IMG/VR virus record: IMGVR_UViG_3300017912_001072
Location: 1 to 29,483 of that record
Length of the DNA: 29,483 bases
Direction: 5' to 3' (one strand)
DNA from: a virus
Taxonomy: Duplodnaviria > Caudoviricetes
Below the pieces are notes generated by a model. It had not been told where the DNA came from. It saw only the letters and a list, made by a program, of their open reading frames with translations, and did no database searches. Position numbers and translations under genes: made by a program. Shown piece by piece: positions 17,083 through 26,970 of this stretch. Within the stretch, counting starts at the first letter, position 1. Each line of letters begins with the position of its first letter.

Positions 17083-17222
17083 TGGCTTTAGGTAGTGGCG
17101 GAGGAGGCGGAAAAAAAAGTAAAATAACAAAGTCTATAAGGAGAATATTTAAAAAGACTGGAGAAATCTGGGAATTAATAACTGATCAATGGGATCAAAT
17201 AACTAGGGATTGGAATCAATAA
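17082..17222 (+). CDS. 46-aa protein with Trp every 7 residues
   Basis: MALGSGGGGGKK...WELITDQWDQITRDWNQ; TAATG-type overlap. Confidence 0.55.
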   Translation: MALGSGGGGGKKSKITKSIRRIFKKTGEIWELITDQWDQITRDWNQ

Positions 17223-17228
17223 AATTAT

Positions 17229-17236
17229 TAATTTTG
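17229..17236 (+). promoter_or_regulatory. -7 promoter box (TAATTTTG)
   Basis: TAnnTTTG 14 nt before the tail-fibre ATG. Confidence 0.5.
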
Positions 17237-17250
17237 TAAAAATTCATTAA

Positions 17251-20200
17251 ATGGCATCATTAAGCGGAAAGAAGGTAAAAGATACTTATAAAGGTTTAAT
17301 TAAAACCTCTGATAATAGTGCTGTCACTAGCTCAAATGTAGAGCTGACTGATGGAAATGGTAACGGAATAGGTGTACAAGTAAACACTTCTGGAAATGTA
17401 ACAGCCTCTGGAGCGGTTACTGGTAACACTATAGTTAAGTCTGGAGGAACAGCTTTACAAATACTTTTAGCTGATGGGACTGTAATAACTTTAACTAGAG
17501 AGTCGGATGGCATTGGATCGAATGACTCAGATAGTAACATCCCAAGTAATGCAGCGGTAAAAAATTATGTAGATACTGAAATAACTAATTTAGTAGATAG
17601 CGCTCCATCAGCCTTAGATACTTTAAACGAGTTAGCAGCCGCTTTAGGAGATGATGCTAATTTTTCAGCTACAATTACAACTGCTTTAGGTAAAAGACTG
17701 AGATTTGATGCATCTCAAACTATAAACTCTACTGAGGTAACTCAAGCTTTAACTAATTTAGGAATCACAGCAACTGTAGCTGAGATAAATTACATTGATG
17801 GGGTTACTTCTGACATACAAACTCAATTAGATGGACTTCAAAGTGCTATAACTGGAGGCGCCACTACTGTTACTGATAATGATTTAACAGCTAGTAGAGC
17901 ATTAGTTTCTGATTCATCTGGTAAGATATCAGCCTCTGATATAACTAGCACTGAAATAGGTCATTTAGATAATGTTAGCTCTAATATCCAGACTCAAATA
18001 GATGGAAAGCAAGCAACTATTACTGGAGCTGCCACAACAATAGATGATACTGATCTCACAGCATCAAAAGCATTAATTTCAAATGCAAGTGGTAAGGTGG
18101 CTGTCTCTAGTGTCACTGACACTGAATTAGGATATGTTTCTGGTGTGACTAGCGAAATACAAACTCAGATCAATGCAAAGGAGGACACAATAACTGGAGG
18201 AGCATCTAGTATAACATCATCTGATTTAACAGCCTCAAAGGCTTTAGAGTCAGATTCAAGTGGTAAGGTTAGCGCCTCTAGCGTTACATCTACTGAGTTA
18301 GGATATGTATCTGGTGTAACTAGTGCTATACAAACTCAGATAAATGCTAAACAAGACACAATTACTGGAGCCGCTACAACTATAGATGATACTGATTTAA
18401 CAGCATCTAGAGCAGTGGTTTCTGATGCTAGTGGGAAAATATCTGTTTCTAATGTTACAAGTGCTGAAATATTAAATTTAGATGGGGTTACATCTAATAT
18501 TCAAGATCAATTAGATGGTTTACAAAGTGAAATAACTGGAGCGGCTGTCACTGTTACTGATGTTAACTTAACAGCTGATAAGGCTATGGTTTCAAGCTCT
18601 ACTGGTAAAATAGCTACCTCTGATGTAACAACCACTGAGTTATCTGTATTAGATGGGATTACAGCATCTACTTCTGAATTAAATATATTAGATGGGGTTA
18701 CTTCAACTACAGCAGAGCTTAACATATTAGATGGTGTAACAGCTGATGCAAATGAGTTAAATATTCTAGATGGTGTAACTGCTACAACTGCTGAGTTAAA
18801 TAAACTTGATGGTGTAACAGCTGACACAAACGAATTAAATATTCTAGATGGAGTCACTGCTACTACTACTGAGTTAAATTATACCGATGGAGTAACATCC
18901 GCTATTCAAGATCAGCTAGATGCAAAACAAGCTACAATCACTGGAGCAGCAACTAGCATAGATGATGCTGATCTGACAGCTGATAGAGCATTATTATCTG
19001 ATGCCCAAGGCAAAGTGGCGGTAAGTGCTGTCACTAATACAGAATTAGGTTATCTAGATGGCGTAACATCTAACGTACAAGACCAATTTGATAATTTAAC
19101 AGATGGATCTACAGCAACTCCTTTGATATTAACTGTTACTGTAGTAAATAGTGGAGGTAATAAATTTGCTATTGATGGGCAAGTGCAAGAAACTTTGACA
19201 TTATTACCTAATACTACATATAGATTTGATCAATCAGATTCTAGTAATTCTGGTCATCCTTTAAAACTATCAAGCACATCAGATGGAACTCATAACTCTG
19301 GGACTGCTTACGCATCTGGTGAAAATACAACTTATGTAGGGACAGCTGGATCTACTGGAGCTTATACTCAAATTGTTACAAAGCATTCTACTGATATAAA
19401 ATTCTATTATTATTGTGCTAACCATAGCGGTATGGGTGGCGCTGCTTATTCTAGATATCAGACTTATGGAGTTAGCGCTGTAGATTCTGGAGATAATGCT
19501 ATAATAAGATTAACTGGAAATGACAGCTCAACTGATGATGTGACTTTAGTAGCTGGAGACAATATAACACTAACTCCATCTGGCGATAATATTACAATAG
19601 CATCTACAGCCTCTGGAGGTGGCGGTGGAATAAGCTGGCAAACTAATTCTAAAACTGCTAATTTTAATGCAACATCTGGAGAAGGTTATTTTGTAGATAC
19701 AAGCTCATCAGCTATAACTGTGACACTTCCATCAACACCAACTGTAGGAGATCTTATAGCTTTTGCAGACTTTGGGTCATCTTTTCAAACAAATAACTTA
19801 ACAATAACCTCAGCTAAAAAAATAATAGGGTCTGATTCTGATCAAGTTTTAAGTCAGCAAAATCAAGCTTTAAGAATTGTTTTTTCTGGAGACACAAAAG
19901 GCTGGTTAATAGCATCATCAGCAAACGAAGGTACTACAGCCACATCTGAGCCAGTGATAGAGATGAGAGCTTTATTGATCGGTGGTGGCGGTGGTGGAGG
20001 TTATGGAGCTTTTTCCTTTGGTAATTATAACGCAAATGGAGGCGGTGGTGGAGCTGGTGAATTTTTAGACAAGCCCAATATAGCTATAGAGACTGGATCA
20101 AATTATACAGTTACTGTTGGTGCTGGAGGAGCGCAAAATAATAATGGAAATAGCACTTCTATTGTAGCTGATTCAGCAGCATCAAACACTTTTGATTATG

Positions 20201-20823
20201 AAGTTTTTGGAGGTGGTCATGGAGGTTATTATGGAGATCTTACTGGAGATACTGGTGGATCATCTGGTGGAGCTGGAATACTTAGGTATCCAATTGGAAG
20301 CGCTCAATCCTCAGTATCGGAAACAAAAAATGAGGGAGATTTAGGATCAAGAGCTAATCAAGGAGGTAATTCCTATAAGTATAGTAATTATAACACTTGC
20401 TGTGGCGGTGGTGGTGGAGCTGGTGCCGATGGAAACAATGGATCTGTTAATTATCCTAATGGTGGAAATGGTGGTGATGGATATGCCTCAGATATAACTG
20501 GCACTAGCGTAACTTATGCTGGTGGTGGTGGTGGTGGCTCTGGAGAATCTAGTAACTCTGTAGGTGCTGGAGGATCTGGCGGTGGTGGATCTGATAGTGC
20601 TGGATCAGTTAACACTGGATCTGGAGGATCTGGAAATCACTGGAATGCTAGCGGATATGCTGGAGGGTCTGGTGTGATTATATTAAAATATCCAGATAGT
20701 CTTACTATAAGTGAGACAACAAGTCCAAATGTTTTAACAATGTCTACAGATACATCATCTGTGTCTGGATTTAATATTACAACTATTACAGCTGGTACAA
20801 ACGGAACAATTCAATTTAATTAA
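17251..20823 (+). CDS. tail fibre / receptor-binding protein with repeat shaft and Gly-rich C-terminal domain
   Basis: APSALDTLNELAAALGDD fibre motif, 57-aa and 13-aa repeats, YYYCANHSGMGG domain, GGGG-rich end with GGSGVIILKYP. Confidence 0.85.
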   Translation: MASLSGKKVKDTYKGLIKTSDNSAVTSSNVELTDGNGNGIGVQVNTSGNVTASGAVTGNTIVKSGGTALQILLADGTVITLTRESDGIGSNDSDSNIPSNAAVKNYVDTEITNLVDSAPSALDTLNELAAALGDDANFSATITTALGKRLRFDASQTINSTEVTQALTNLGITATVAEINYIDGVTSDIQTQLDGLQSAITGGATTVTDNDLTASRALVSDSSGKISASDITSTEIGHLDNVSSNIQTQIDGKQATITGAATTIDDTDLTASKALISNASGKVAVSSVTDTELGYVSGVTSEIQTQINAKEDTITGGASSITSSDLTASKALESDSSGKVSASSVTSTELGYVSGVTSAIQTQINAKQDTITGAATTIDDTDLTASRAVVSDASGKISVSNVTSAEILNLDGVTSNIQDQLDGLQSEITGAAVTVTDVNLTADKAMVSSSTGKIATSDVTTTELSVLDGITASTSELNILDGVTSTTAELNILDGVTADANELNILDGVTATTAELNKLDGVTADTNELNILDGVTATTTELNYTDGVTSAIQDQLDAKQATITGAATSIDDADLTADRALLSDAQGKVAVSAVTNTELGYLDGVTSNVQDQFDNLTDGSTATPLILTVTVVNSGGNKFAIDGQVQETLTLLPNTTYRFDQSDSSNSGHPLKLSSTSDGTHNSGTAYASGENTTYVGTAGSTGAYTQIVTKHSTDIKFYYYCANHSGMGGAAYSRYQTYGVSAVDSGDNAIIRLTGNDSSTDDVTLVAGDNITLTPSGDNITIASTASGGGGGISWQTNSKTANFNATSGEGYFVDTSSSAITVTLPSTPTVGDLIAFADFGSSFQTNNLTITSAKKIIGSDSDQVLSQQNQALRIVFSGDTKGWLIASSANEGTTATSEPVIEMRALLIGGGGGGGYGAFSFGNYNANGGGGGAGEFLDKPNIAIETGSNYTVTVGAGGAQNNNGNSTSIVADSAASNTFDYEVFGGGHGGYYGDLTGDTGGSSGGAGILRYPIGSAQSSVSETKNEGDLGSRANQGGNSYKYSNYNTCCGGGGGAGADGNNGSVNYPNGGNGGDGYASDITGTSVTYAGGGGGGSGESSNSVGAGGSGGGGSDSAGSVNTGSGGSGNHWNASGYAGGSGVIILKYPDSLTISETTSPNVLTMSTDTSSVSGFNITTITAGTNGTIQFN
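17818..19080 (+). repeat. nested coding repeats: six 171-nt units, the fifth expanded by six 39-nt units
   Basis: QxQ anchors at 17818, 17989, 18160, 18331, 18502, 18907, 19078 (spacing 171, except 405 = 171 + 6x39). Confidence 0.85.
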
Positions 20824-20830
20824 CATAATT

Positions 20831-21208
20831 ATGGCTCATTACGCTTTACTTAATCACAAAAACATAGTCCAGAAAGTCATTTCTGGAAAATGTCAAGATG
20901 ATTCTGATGTTGACATGGAATTAGTATTTCAAGATATGTTTAAAATGAAATGCAAACAAACATCTTACAATACTCATAAAGGAGTCCATACTTTAGGCGG
21001 AACACCATTTAGAAAAAACTATGCAGCTGTCGGATATACTTATGATGAGGATAGGGATGCTTTTATTCCTCCAAAACCAGAGGGTTTAGATAGCTGGATA
21101 TTAAATGAAGATTCATGTGTTTGGGAGGCGCCCATTCCTTATCCAGATGATGGTAAAGATTACCTATGGGATGAAGAAACTCAAGAATGGATATTGATTA
21201 ATTATTAA
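20831..21208 (+). CDS. tail-fibre-associated protein (probable assembly chaperone)
   Basis: MAHYALL...QTSYNT...FRKNYA..GYTYD..RDAFIPPKP..W...WEAP, directly after the Gly-rich fibre. Confidence 0.7.
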   Translation: MAHYALLNHKNIVQKVISGKCQDDSDVDMELVFQDMFKMKCKQTSYNTHKGVHTLGGTPFRKNYAAVGYTYDEDRDAFIPPKPEGLDSWILNEDSCVWEAPIPYPDDGKDYLWDEETQEWILINY

Positions 21209-21220
21209 GTTAAAAATTAA

Positions 21221-21228
21221 TATATTTG
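21221..21228 (+). promoter_or_regulatory. -7 promoter box (TATATTTG)
   Basis: TAnnTTTG 15 nt before the tail-tube ATG. Confidence 0.55.
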
Positions 21229-21243
21229 TAAAAAATAAAAATT

Positions 21244-21678
21244 ATGGCGAGTAGCGTATTTAATGGAACTGATTTAGTGCTAAAATTTATAGCAGATGGA
21301 GGGACTGTCATTCCTCTAGGACATTCAACTTCATGCTCATTATCAATTACTCATGATCTACCAGAGGCAACTACAAAAGACTCTGGAGGTTATTCTGAGG
21401 TTATCTCTGGGACTAGATCCTTTGAGGTTTCTTTTGATGGTTTAGTAGATTATACTGATACTGGAAACAGTAAGCAGAATGCCGACACTATTATTACACT
21501 TGTAAATAACAGAAGTAAAATAGATTTTACTTTCGGTACTGCAATCACTGGAGACCAGTTAATCAGTGGAGAAGGATTTATTTCAAGCATTGAGGTGAGT
21601 GGTGAAATGGAATCAGCTGTGACTTACTCTGGCACAATTACTGGTACTGGATCTCTTACTATTGCAACCAATTCATAA
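21244..21678 (+). CDS. major tail tube protein (TP901-1-like)
   Basis: NGTDLVL..HSTSCSLS...TTKDSGG...SFDGL...TYSGTITGTG. Confidence 0.88.
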   Translation: MASSVFNGTDLVLKFIADGGTVIPLGHSTSCSLSITHDLPEATTKDSGGYSEVISGTRSFEVSFDGLVDYTDTGNSKQNADTIITLVNNRSKIDFTFGTAITGDQLISGEGFISSIEVSGEMESAVTYSGTITGTGSLTIATNS

Positions 21679-21684
21679 TAATTA

Positions 21685-22074
21685 ATGAATAGCAAAAGAG
21701 GCTATTATACTGCTAATATTGGCGGTAAAGATAGAGTGATGCACTTTAATATGAATTTCTGGGCAGAGTTTTGCGATGTCTTAGAAATTAAATTAGAAGA
21801 ACTAGGAGATATCTTTGATGGAGGTGTGTCGCTTTCAGCTATTAGAGCTTTAGTCTATTCTGGACTGGTTACATTCGACAGAGAAAACAATAAAGAGATA
21901 GATTACAATATCTATACTGTAGGATCATGGCTGGATGATATGCAAGGAGATCAACTCAATGGTATTGTAGAGGCTATGATGCAATCCAGAATACTAGGGA
22001 ATGATCTCAATATGGGTATAAAAAGAAATCCAGATCCAGAAAAAAAAACGAAACCAGCAGCTCCAAAGGAATAA
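21685..22074 (+). CDS. tail assembly chaperone (gpG-like)
   Basis: Between the tail tube and tape measure genes; slippery A-run near the 3' end. Confidence 0.8.
   Translation: MNSKRGYYTANIGGKDRVMHFNMNFWAEFCDVLEIKLEELGDIFDGGVSLSAIRALVYSGLVTFDRENNKEIDYNIYTVGSWLDDMQGDQLNGIVEAMMQSRILGNDLNMGIKRNPDPEKKTKPAAPKE
22040..22048 (+). other. -1 ribosomal frameshift site (A9; A AAA AAA)
   Basis: The -1 frame is open from here (KNETSSSKGISWDDLLDYYIGQVGIP...) to 22397. Confidence 0.8.
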
Positions 22075-22397
22075 GCTGGGATGATTTACTAGATTATTAC
22101 ATAGGTCAAGTGGGTATTCCGCTTGACTTTTTTTGGTTTAATACATGGAAAGAAAATCAGCTCTTAGGTGAATCCTACAATATTAAGCAGAATCTAGAAT
22201 GGGAGAGGATTAGATATCTAGCCACTATGATCCATAATGTAAACTGTCAGAAAAAAAGCCAAATGAAAAAACCAGAGGATTTATTAAAGTTACCTCAAGA
22301 CCATATAGTCAAAGAAATAAAACCTAAATCAAATAGAGAGGATTTTGAGAAATTCTGGGCTAGAGTCGAAAGGGCTGGATTAAATAAAAAATCTTAA
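22041..22397 (+). CDS. gpT portion of the frameshifted gpGT tail chaperone
   Basis: WERIRYLA..I.NVN...KPEDLLKLPQD motif; reached by a -1 shift rather than the track's GTG at 22110. Confidence 0.78.
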   Translation, partial: KKNETSSSKGISWDDLLDYYIGQVGIPLDFFWFNTWKENQLLGESYNIKQNLEWERIRYLATMIHNVNCQKKSQMKKPEDLLKLPQDHIVKEIKPKSNREDFEKFWARVERAGLNKKS

Positions 22398-22407
22398 AGT
22401 AAATTAG

Positions 22408-22415
22408 TAATTTTG
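22408..22415 (+). promoter_or_regulatory. -7 promoter box (TAATTTTG), probably leaderless
   Basis: TAnnTTTG 4 nt before the tape-measure ATG. Confidence 0.45.
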
Positions 22416-22419
22416 TGAC

Positions 22420-24876
22420 ATGGCTGATCAAAAATTAAGAATAGATATATTAGGGAATGCTAGAGGCTTAAATACTTCACTGAAAAAAGCCTCAGCTAAT
22501 TTAAAGTCGTTTGGCGCCTCAGTCAAAGGGATAGGAGATTCATTAAAGACAAGACTTACTTTACCATTAGCTCTAGCTGGAGGCGCTGCAATAAAAGCAG
22601 CTGTAGATTTTGAAAAGTCTATGACTCAGATTAAGACTCTTGTAGGGGTCGCTGGAGATGAGGTAGATGCTATGGCAGTCAAGGTTAAGGAGATGGCTAC
22701 ATCTACTGGAGTATCAGCTAAAGAGGCTGCTGATGCTTTATTCTTTATTACATCAGCTGGACTTAGAGGAGCAGATGCTTTAGATGTTTTAAATCAAGCT
22801 ACAAAAGCCTCAGCTATAGGGCTAGGAGAGACAGCAACTATAGCAGACTTAGCTACTTCCGCTTTGAATGCTTATGGAGTAGAGAATCTAAATGCTCAAC
22901 AAGCTACAGACATATTAACTGGAGCTGTAAGAGAAGGTAAATTATCAGCTGACAGCTTAGCCCAATCAATGGGAGCAGTCTTACCTTTTGCTAGTCAATT
23001 AGGAGTAGGGTTTGATGAGGTGGGTGCTGCTTTCGCTGCCATGTCTAGAACTGGTACTGATGCCGCATCAGCCGCAACTCAAATAAAAGGAATTTTAACA
23101 GCCTTATTAAAACCTAGCTCACAAGCTCAAACGCAATTAGAAGAGCTTGGATTAAGTGCCTCTGGATTAAGGGCACAAATGGGAGAAGAGGGGTTATTAG
23201 CAACTCTAAAAACACTAACTCAAAGCTTTGGATCTAATGAAGAGGCAGCTGCTAAGGTGTTTGGAAATGTTAGAGCTTTAGCTGGTGTAATGGATCTGAT
23301 GGGTGCTGGTTTAGAATCTACTGAGCAGATATTTGCTAGTATGAATAACACTGCTGGACTTACTGGAGAAGCTTTTGGAAAGTTAGCAAATACTCAAGCC
23401 TTTCAATTAGAAAAATCTTTAAATGAATTAAAGTCTGTTTTTACAGATATTGGAGCTGTTTTGTTGGATGCTTTTTTACCAGTGATTAAAAATGTAGCTG
23501 GATTTATAAAAGGTTTAGCTAATGCGTTTAATAACTTAACTCCAGAAGCTCAAGGATTTGCAGTAGCTATAGGAGCCTTAGTCGCTGGTTTACCTTTCTT
23601 AATATCAGCCTTTGGGACTATTATAACAGTCTTGGGGACTATGCTATCACCATTAGGTTTAGTAGCAGCTGCTCTAGCTGGTGTGGCTTTTGTGATTTCA
23701 AAGAACTGGAATGAAGTCTTACCAGTAGTGGTAGGTCTTTATAATAGATTTGTTGATCTGTTTAATTCAAGTAAAGTTTTAAGAATTGCAATATTTGGAC
23801 TTAGATCAGCTTTTAAGTCTGCTTTTGTTTTTGCTAAAGCACAAATAGATCAAGTAGTAAACACTTTTTCCACTATGTGGAGACTAATTAAAGAATTTGC
23901 AGAAAAAGGCTTTAAGGGTAGTTTTACAGATATTTTATCAGATGGATTTGATAATGCTAAGGACATTGCTGCTACAGCAGCTGATAACATTGCTAAAACT
24001 TTTACAGATGGGTATGAGGATGCTTTAAGTAGTAATTTAGAATATGCTACAGTAGAGGGAGTCCAGAATGGATTATCTAGCGCTACTGATGCGGTAAAGG
24101 GTTATGTTAAGGATTTTCAAAAAGCTATAGGTTTAGGAGCTGTTAGTGGAGGAGGAGCCACTGCTCAAGCACCTACAACTCCAACTGATACAGCTGAGAC
24201 TACAGTAGGATTATCTACAGCTTTTGATATGTCTGGTATAGATGCCGCATTTGATCCTAACTCTTTAGATGCTGATTTAGATTTTGCTGCTGATTTAGAG
24301 TTAGAGGAAGTAGGTGAGCAACTAGATGCATTTATAGAAAAACAAAAGAAACTTCAAGAGATTTCTCAAATAGTAGGACAACAAGTAGCTGGAGCTTTTG
24401 ATCAAATGGCTGGTAGTTTAGTAGATAGTTTAGGTTTAGCCGACAGTGGATTTCAAGGATTTTTAAAAGGATTAGCTACAACTGTCTTTCAGCTTATGGC
24501 TATGTATTTAAGTCAATCTATTTCAGCTGCTATTGCTGGTGCTACTACTTCTGGTGCTGCAACTGGACCAGCTGCAATTTTTACAACTCCAGCATTTATA
24601 GCTACAGCTGTAGGAGGGGTGTTATCAGCCTTTGCTGCTATTCCTAAATTTGCTCAAGGTGGTATAGTATCAGCTCCTACTCTAGCTATGGTAGGGGATA
24701 ATGTAGGCGCTAGAAATGGAAATCCAGAAGTTATAGCTCCACTAGATAAATTACAAGGAATGATGGCTAGTAACCCATCAAATCAAAATGTTAATGTAGG
24801 CGGATCATTTAAAGTACAAGGTCAAGATCTAGTGGTGGCTTTGCAAAGAGCTAACAGAAATAGAGATAGACTGTAA
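22420..24876 (+). CDS. tape measure protein (TP901-like core)
   Basis: Ala/Gly-rich helical protein; AAVDFEKSM; PKFAQGGIVSAPTLAMVGD...NPEVIAPLDKL. Confidence 0.92.
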   Translation: MADQKLRIDILGNARGLNTSLKKASANLKSFGASVKGIGDSLKTRLTLPLALAGGAAIKAAVDFEKSMTQIKTLVGVAGDEVDAMAVKVKEMATSTGVSAKEAADALFFITSAGLRGADALDVLNQATKASAIGLGETATIADLATSALNAYGVENLNAQQATDILTGAVREGKLSADSLAQSMGAVLPFASQLGVGFDEVGAAFAAMSRTGTDAASAATQIKGILTALLKPSSQAQTQLEELGLSASGLRAQMGEEGLLATLKTLTQSFGSNEEAAAKVFGNVRALAGVMDLMGAGLESTEQIFASMNNTAGLTGEAFGKLANTQAFQLEKSLNELKSVFTDIGAVLLDAFLPVIKNVAGFIKGLANAFNNLTPEAQGFAVAIGALVAGLPFLISAFGTIITVLGTMLSPLGLVAAALAGVAFVISKNWNEVLPVVVGLYNRFVDLFNSSKVLRIAIFGLRSAFKSAFVFAKAQIDQVVNTFSTMWRLIKEFAEKGFKGSFTDILSDGFDNAKDIAATAADNIAKTFTDGYEDALSSNLEYATVEGVQNGLSSATDAVKGYVKDFQKAIGLGAVSGGGATAQAPTTPTDTAETTVGLSTAFDMSGIDAAFDPNSLDADLDFAADLELEEVGEQLDAFIEKQKKLQEISQIVGQQVAGAFDQMAGSLVDSLGLADSGFQGFLKGLATTVFQLMAMYLSQSISAAIAGATTSGAATGPAAIFTTPAFIATAVGGVLSAFAAIPKFAQGGIVSAPTLAMVGDNVGARNGNPEVIAPLDKLQGMMASNPSNQNVNVGGSFKVQGQDLVVALQRANRNRDRL

Positions 24877-26969
24877 TGGCATACGGAGATAAATTTAAAT
24901 TAGATTTTTCTGATGATCATGGAAATCCAAGGCAAGTCTTAATTAAGAAAAAAGATTATACTGGTGATGTAAAGTCTTTAGTAGGTACTTCAAACCCAGT
25001 AGTTATAAAATGGGATTCTGATGATGATATCTATGCTCCTATAAAGGGATCAACTTGTGAATTAAATTTATTTGTCACCGATGACACTGACTATGATAAT
25101 TGGTATGAAGCCGATGAAAGAGAATATAAGGTAGTCATAGGAGTAGGAACTAGCTTAGGTGCTATTATTTGGGATCTAATTAGTGATGATTTTGATACTA
25201 GCGACTTAGGCTGGGATGATACTGGAAACACTGCTTTAAGTACATTTTGGGAAGGTTTTTTAGTAGTAGATAGATATGCAGAAGCCTTTAGCCACAAACC
25301 CTTTCCAATCAAGTTAATTGCCTCTGATGGGCTTGGAACATTAGATGGCTTTGATGCACCAGAATCTACAATTTTAGTGGACACAAATGGCAATCCAAAT
25401 CCAAGCGCTAACCAGTCAAACTTTGACACCTTATGGCATTATGTGGTAGAGATATTAAAACTCACTGGATTAGATTTTAATATTATAGTGGCGCACATGA
25501 TCAGAAAAACTACTCAATCTGATGGGACATCCGCAACTAATGAGGATGATCAGCTAACTATATTCCATGATATTTCAATTAAAGAATGGGCTTTTTTAGG
25601 TAAAAATTTCAAAACATTAACAGCTAAAAAATTACTTTATAAAATATTAAGAGCTGTAAACGCTAGAATATTTCAATCAGATGGTAGATGGTATATTACA
25701 TCCAACTCTAATTTATTAGATGCTAGAATTTACGCAGCTGTCCCAGAGGCTAACCCTATAGATCCTAATGATACCAATGATGCATTAGATGAGGAAAGAC
25801 CAAACACAGTAGTATCAACTCCTAGCTGTGAGCTTTTAGATTTTGAAATGCTAACAAATCAAAGTTTTATTTTAATAGAGCTTTCTGGTTTTGATGTAGA
25901 TACAGCAGAATCTAACTTAAATTATGTAATAAATGTAACTCCATTTGATGGCACTTTATCTGATGGAAATAATGTCATTAATACTACTCCTCACACTTTA
26001 TCAAGCAATACTGTAAAATATACTCCAACAAGTGGATTTGTTGGAAGTGATTTGTTTAGATATTCAGTTTCAAATGGTACTAATAGCTCATCAGCTTGTG
26101 CTGTGACTATTCAAAGAAAAGAGCTTGTAGTGCCTCCAGTAGATAATATGACTCCAGTGGCGGAAAATCAATTAGCTTTTCATGTTAGGGCGGACAGTGT
26201 ACATAATTTATTTTATGGAGAGACACTTGATGAAGCAATTTCAAGGGCTAGAAGTTTTACAAACAGTTTAATGTTTACGCATTTTGATCATTTCTTTACT
26301 GAATTTGGTTATAATACCACAACAAGTGGAGGCGAAACTGTAAATAAATTTGACTTTATGACAAAGGCTCAATTTAATTATAGTTATGGTTTACAAAAAT
26401 ATGATAATGCTGACACAAACTTAGGAGACCATTCTTTTGAAGTATTACAAAGAGGTGGCATTCCATCTGTATGGGCAGAGTTTGAGGGTACTGTTATTAA
26501 TCCAAATATTACTGTCCCCTCTAATTATACTAGATATGATCCAGATAATAATACTGTAGATTCAGCTTGGCAGTTTGGAACTGGTACCATTGTTTACCCT
26601 AGATTAGAGCAACCATCTAATGGAGTGGTAAATCTACCAGATGGATATTATGCTTTCAGAGCGAGACCCCCTTATTCTCCATCCTCTTTTACAGTATTTG
26701 GAAGAAGAGAGTTAGAGGCTAGAGGATTTAGAATACCTCAATATTCAAACTTTGATGAAAGATCATCTGGTGATCCTTTACTACAATTAAGAAATTTAAC
26801 AACCACTAGCGGAGCAATTTATCCAGAAGAATTAAAAGAACTTCAAATTCAGAGTCAAGGTAATTTTGGATTTGCAAATAATACACCTACAAATCAAAAT
26901 ATTATTTATGCTAAACTCATAAAAGATAAAAAGATAGTGACTAGATGGGAAATTTCAATGAGAGAATAA
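24876..26969 (+). CDS. tail tip/hub protein with internal cadherin/Ig-like domain
   Basis: Follows the tape measure; ASDGLGTL and RIFQSDGRWYI; LSGFDVD..LNYVI...VKYTP..GFVGSDLFRYSVSNG Ig-like pattern. Confidence 0.7.
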   Translation: MAYGDKFKLDFSDDHGNPRQVLIKKKDYTGDVKSLVGTSNPVVIKWDSDDDIYAPIKGSTCELNLFVTDDTDYDNWYEADEREYKVVIGVGTSLGAIIWDLISDDFDTSDLGWDDTGNTALSTFWEGFLVVDRYAEAFSHKPFPIKLIASDGLGTLDGFDAPESTILVDTNGNPNPSANQSNFDTLWHYVVEILKLTGLDFNIIVAHMIRKTTQSDGTSATNEDDQLTIFHDISIKEWAFLGKNFKTLTAKKLLYKILRAVNARIFQSDGRWYITSNSNLLDARIYAAVPEANPIDPNDTNDALDEERPNTVVSTPSCELLDFEMLTNQSFILIELSGFDVDTAESNLNYVINVTPFDGTLSDGNNVINTTPHTLSSNTVKYTPTSGFVGSDLFRYSVSNGTNSSSACAVTIQRKELVVPPVDNMTPVAENQLAFHVRADSVHNLFYGETLDEAISRARSFTNSLMFTHFDHFFTEFGYNTTTSGGETVNKFDFMTKAQFNYSYGLQKYDNADTNLGDHSFEVLQRGGIPSVWAEFEGTVINPNITVPSNYTRYDPDNNTVDSAWQFGTGTIVYPRLEQPSNGVVNLPDGYYAFRARPPYSPSSFTVFGRRELEARGFRIPQYSNFDERSSGDPLLQLRNLTTTSGAIYPEELKELQIQSQGNFGFANNTPTNQNIIYAKLIKDKKIVTRWEISMRE

Positions 26970-26970
26970 G

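Noticed and set aside
17251-20823. Diversity-generating retroelement or invertible fibre cassette
   Set aside because: No reverse transcriptase or invertase, and no template/variable repeat pair with adenine-specific differences seen.
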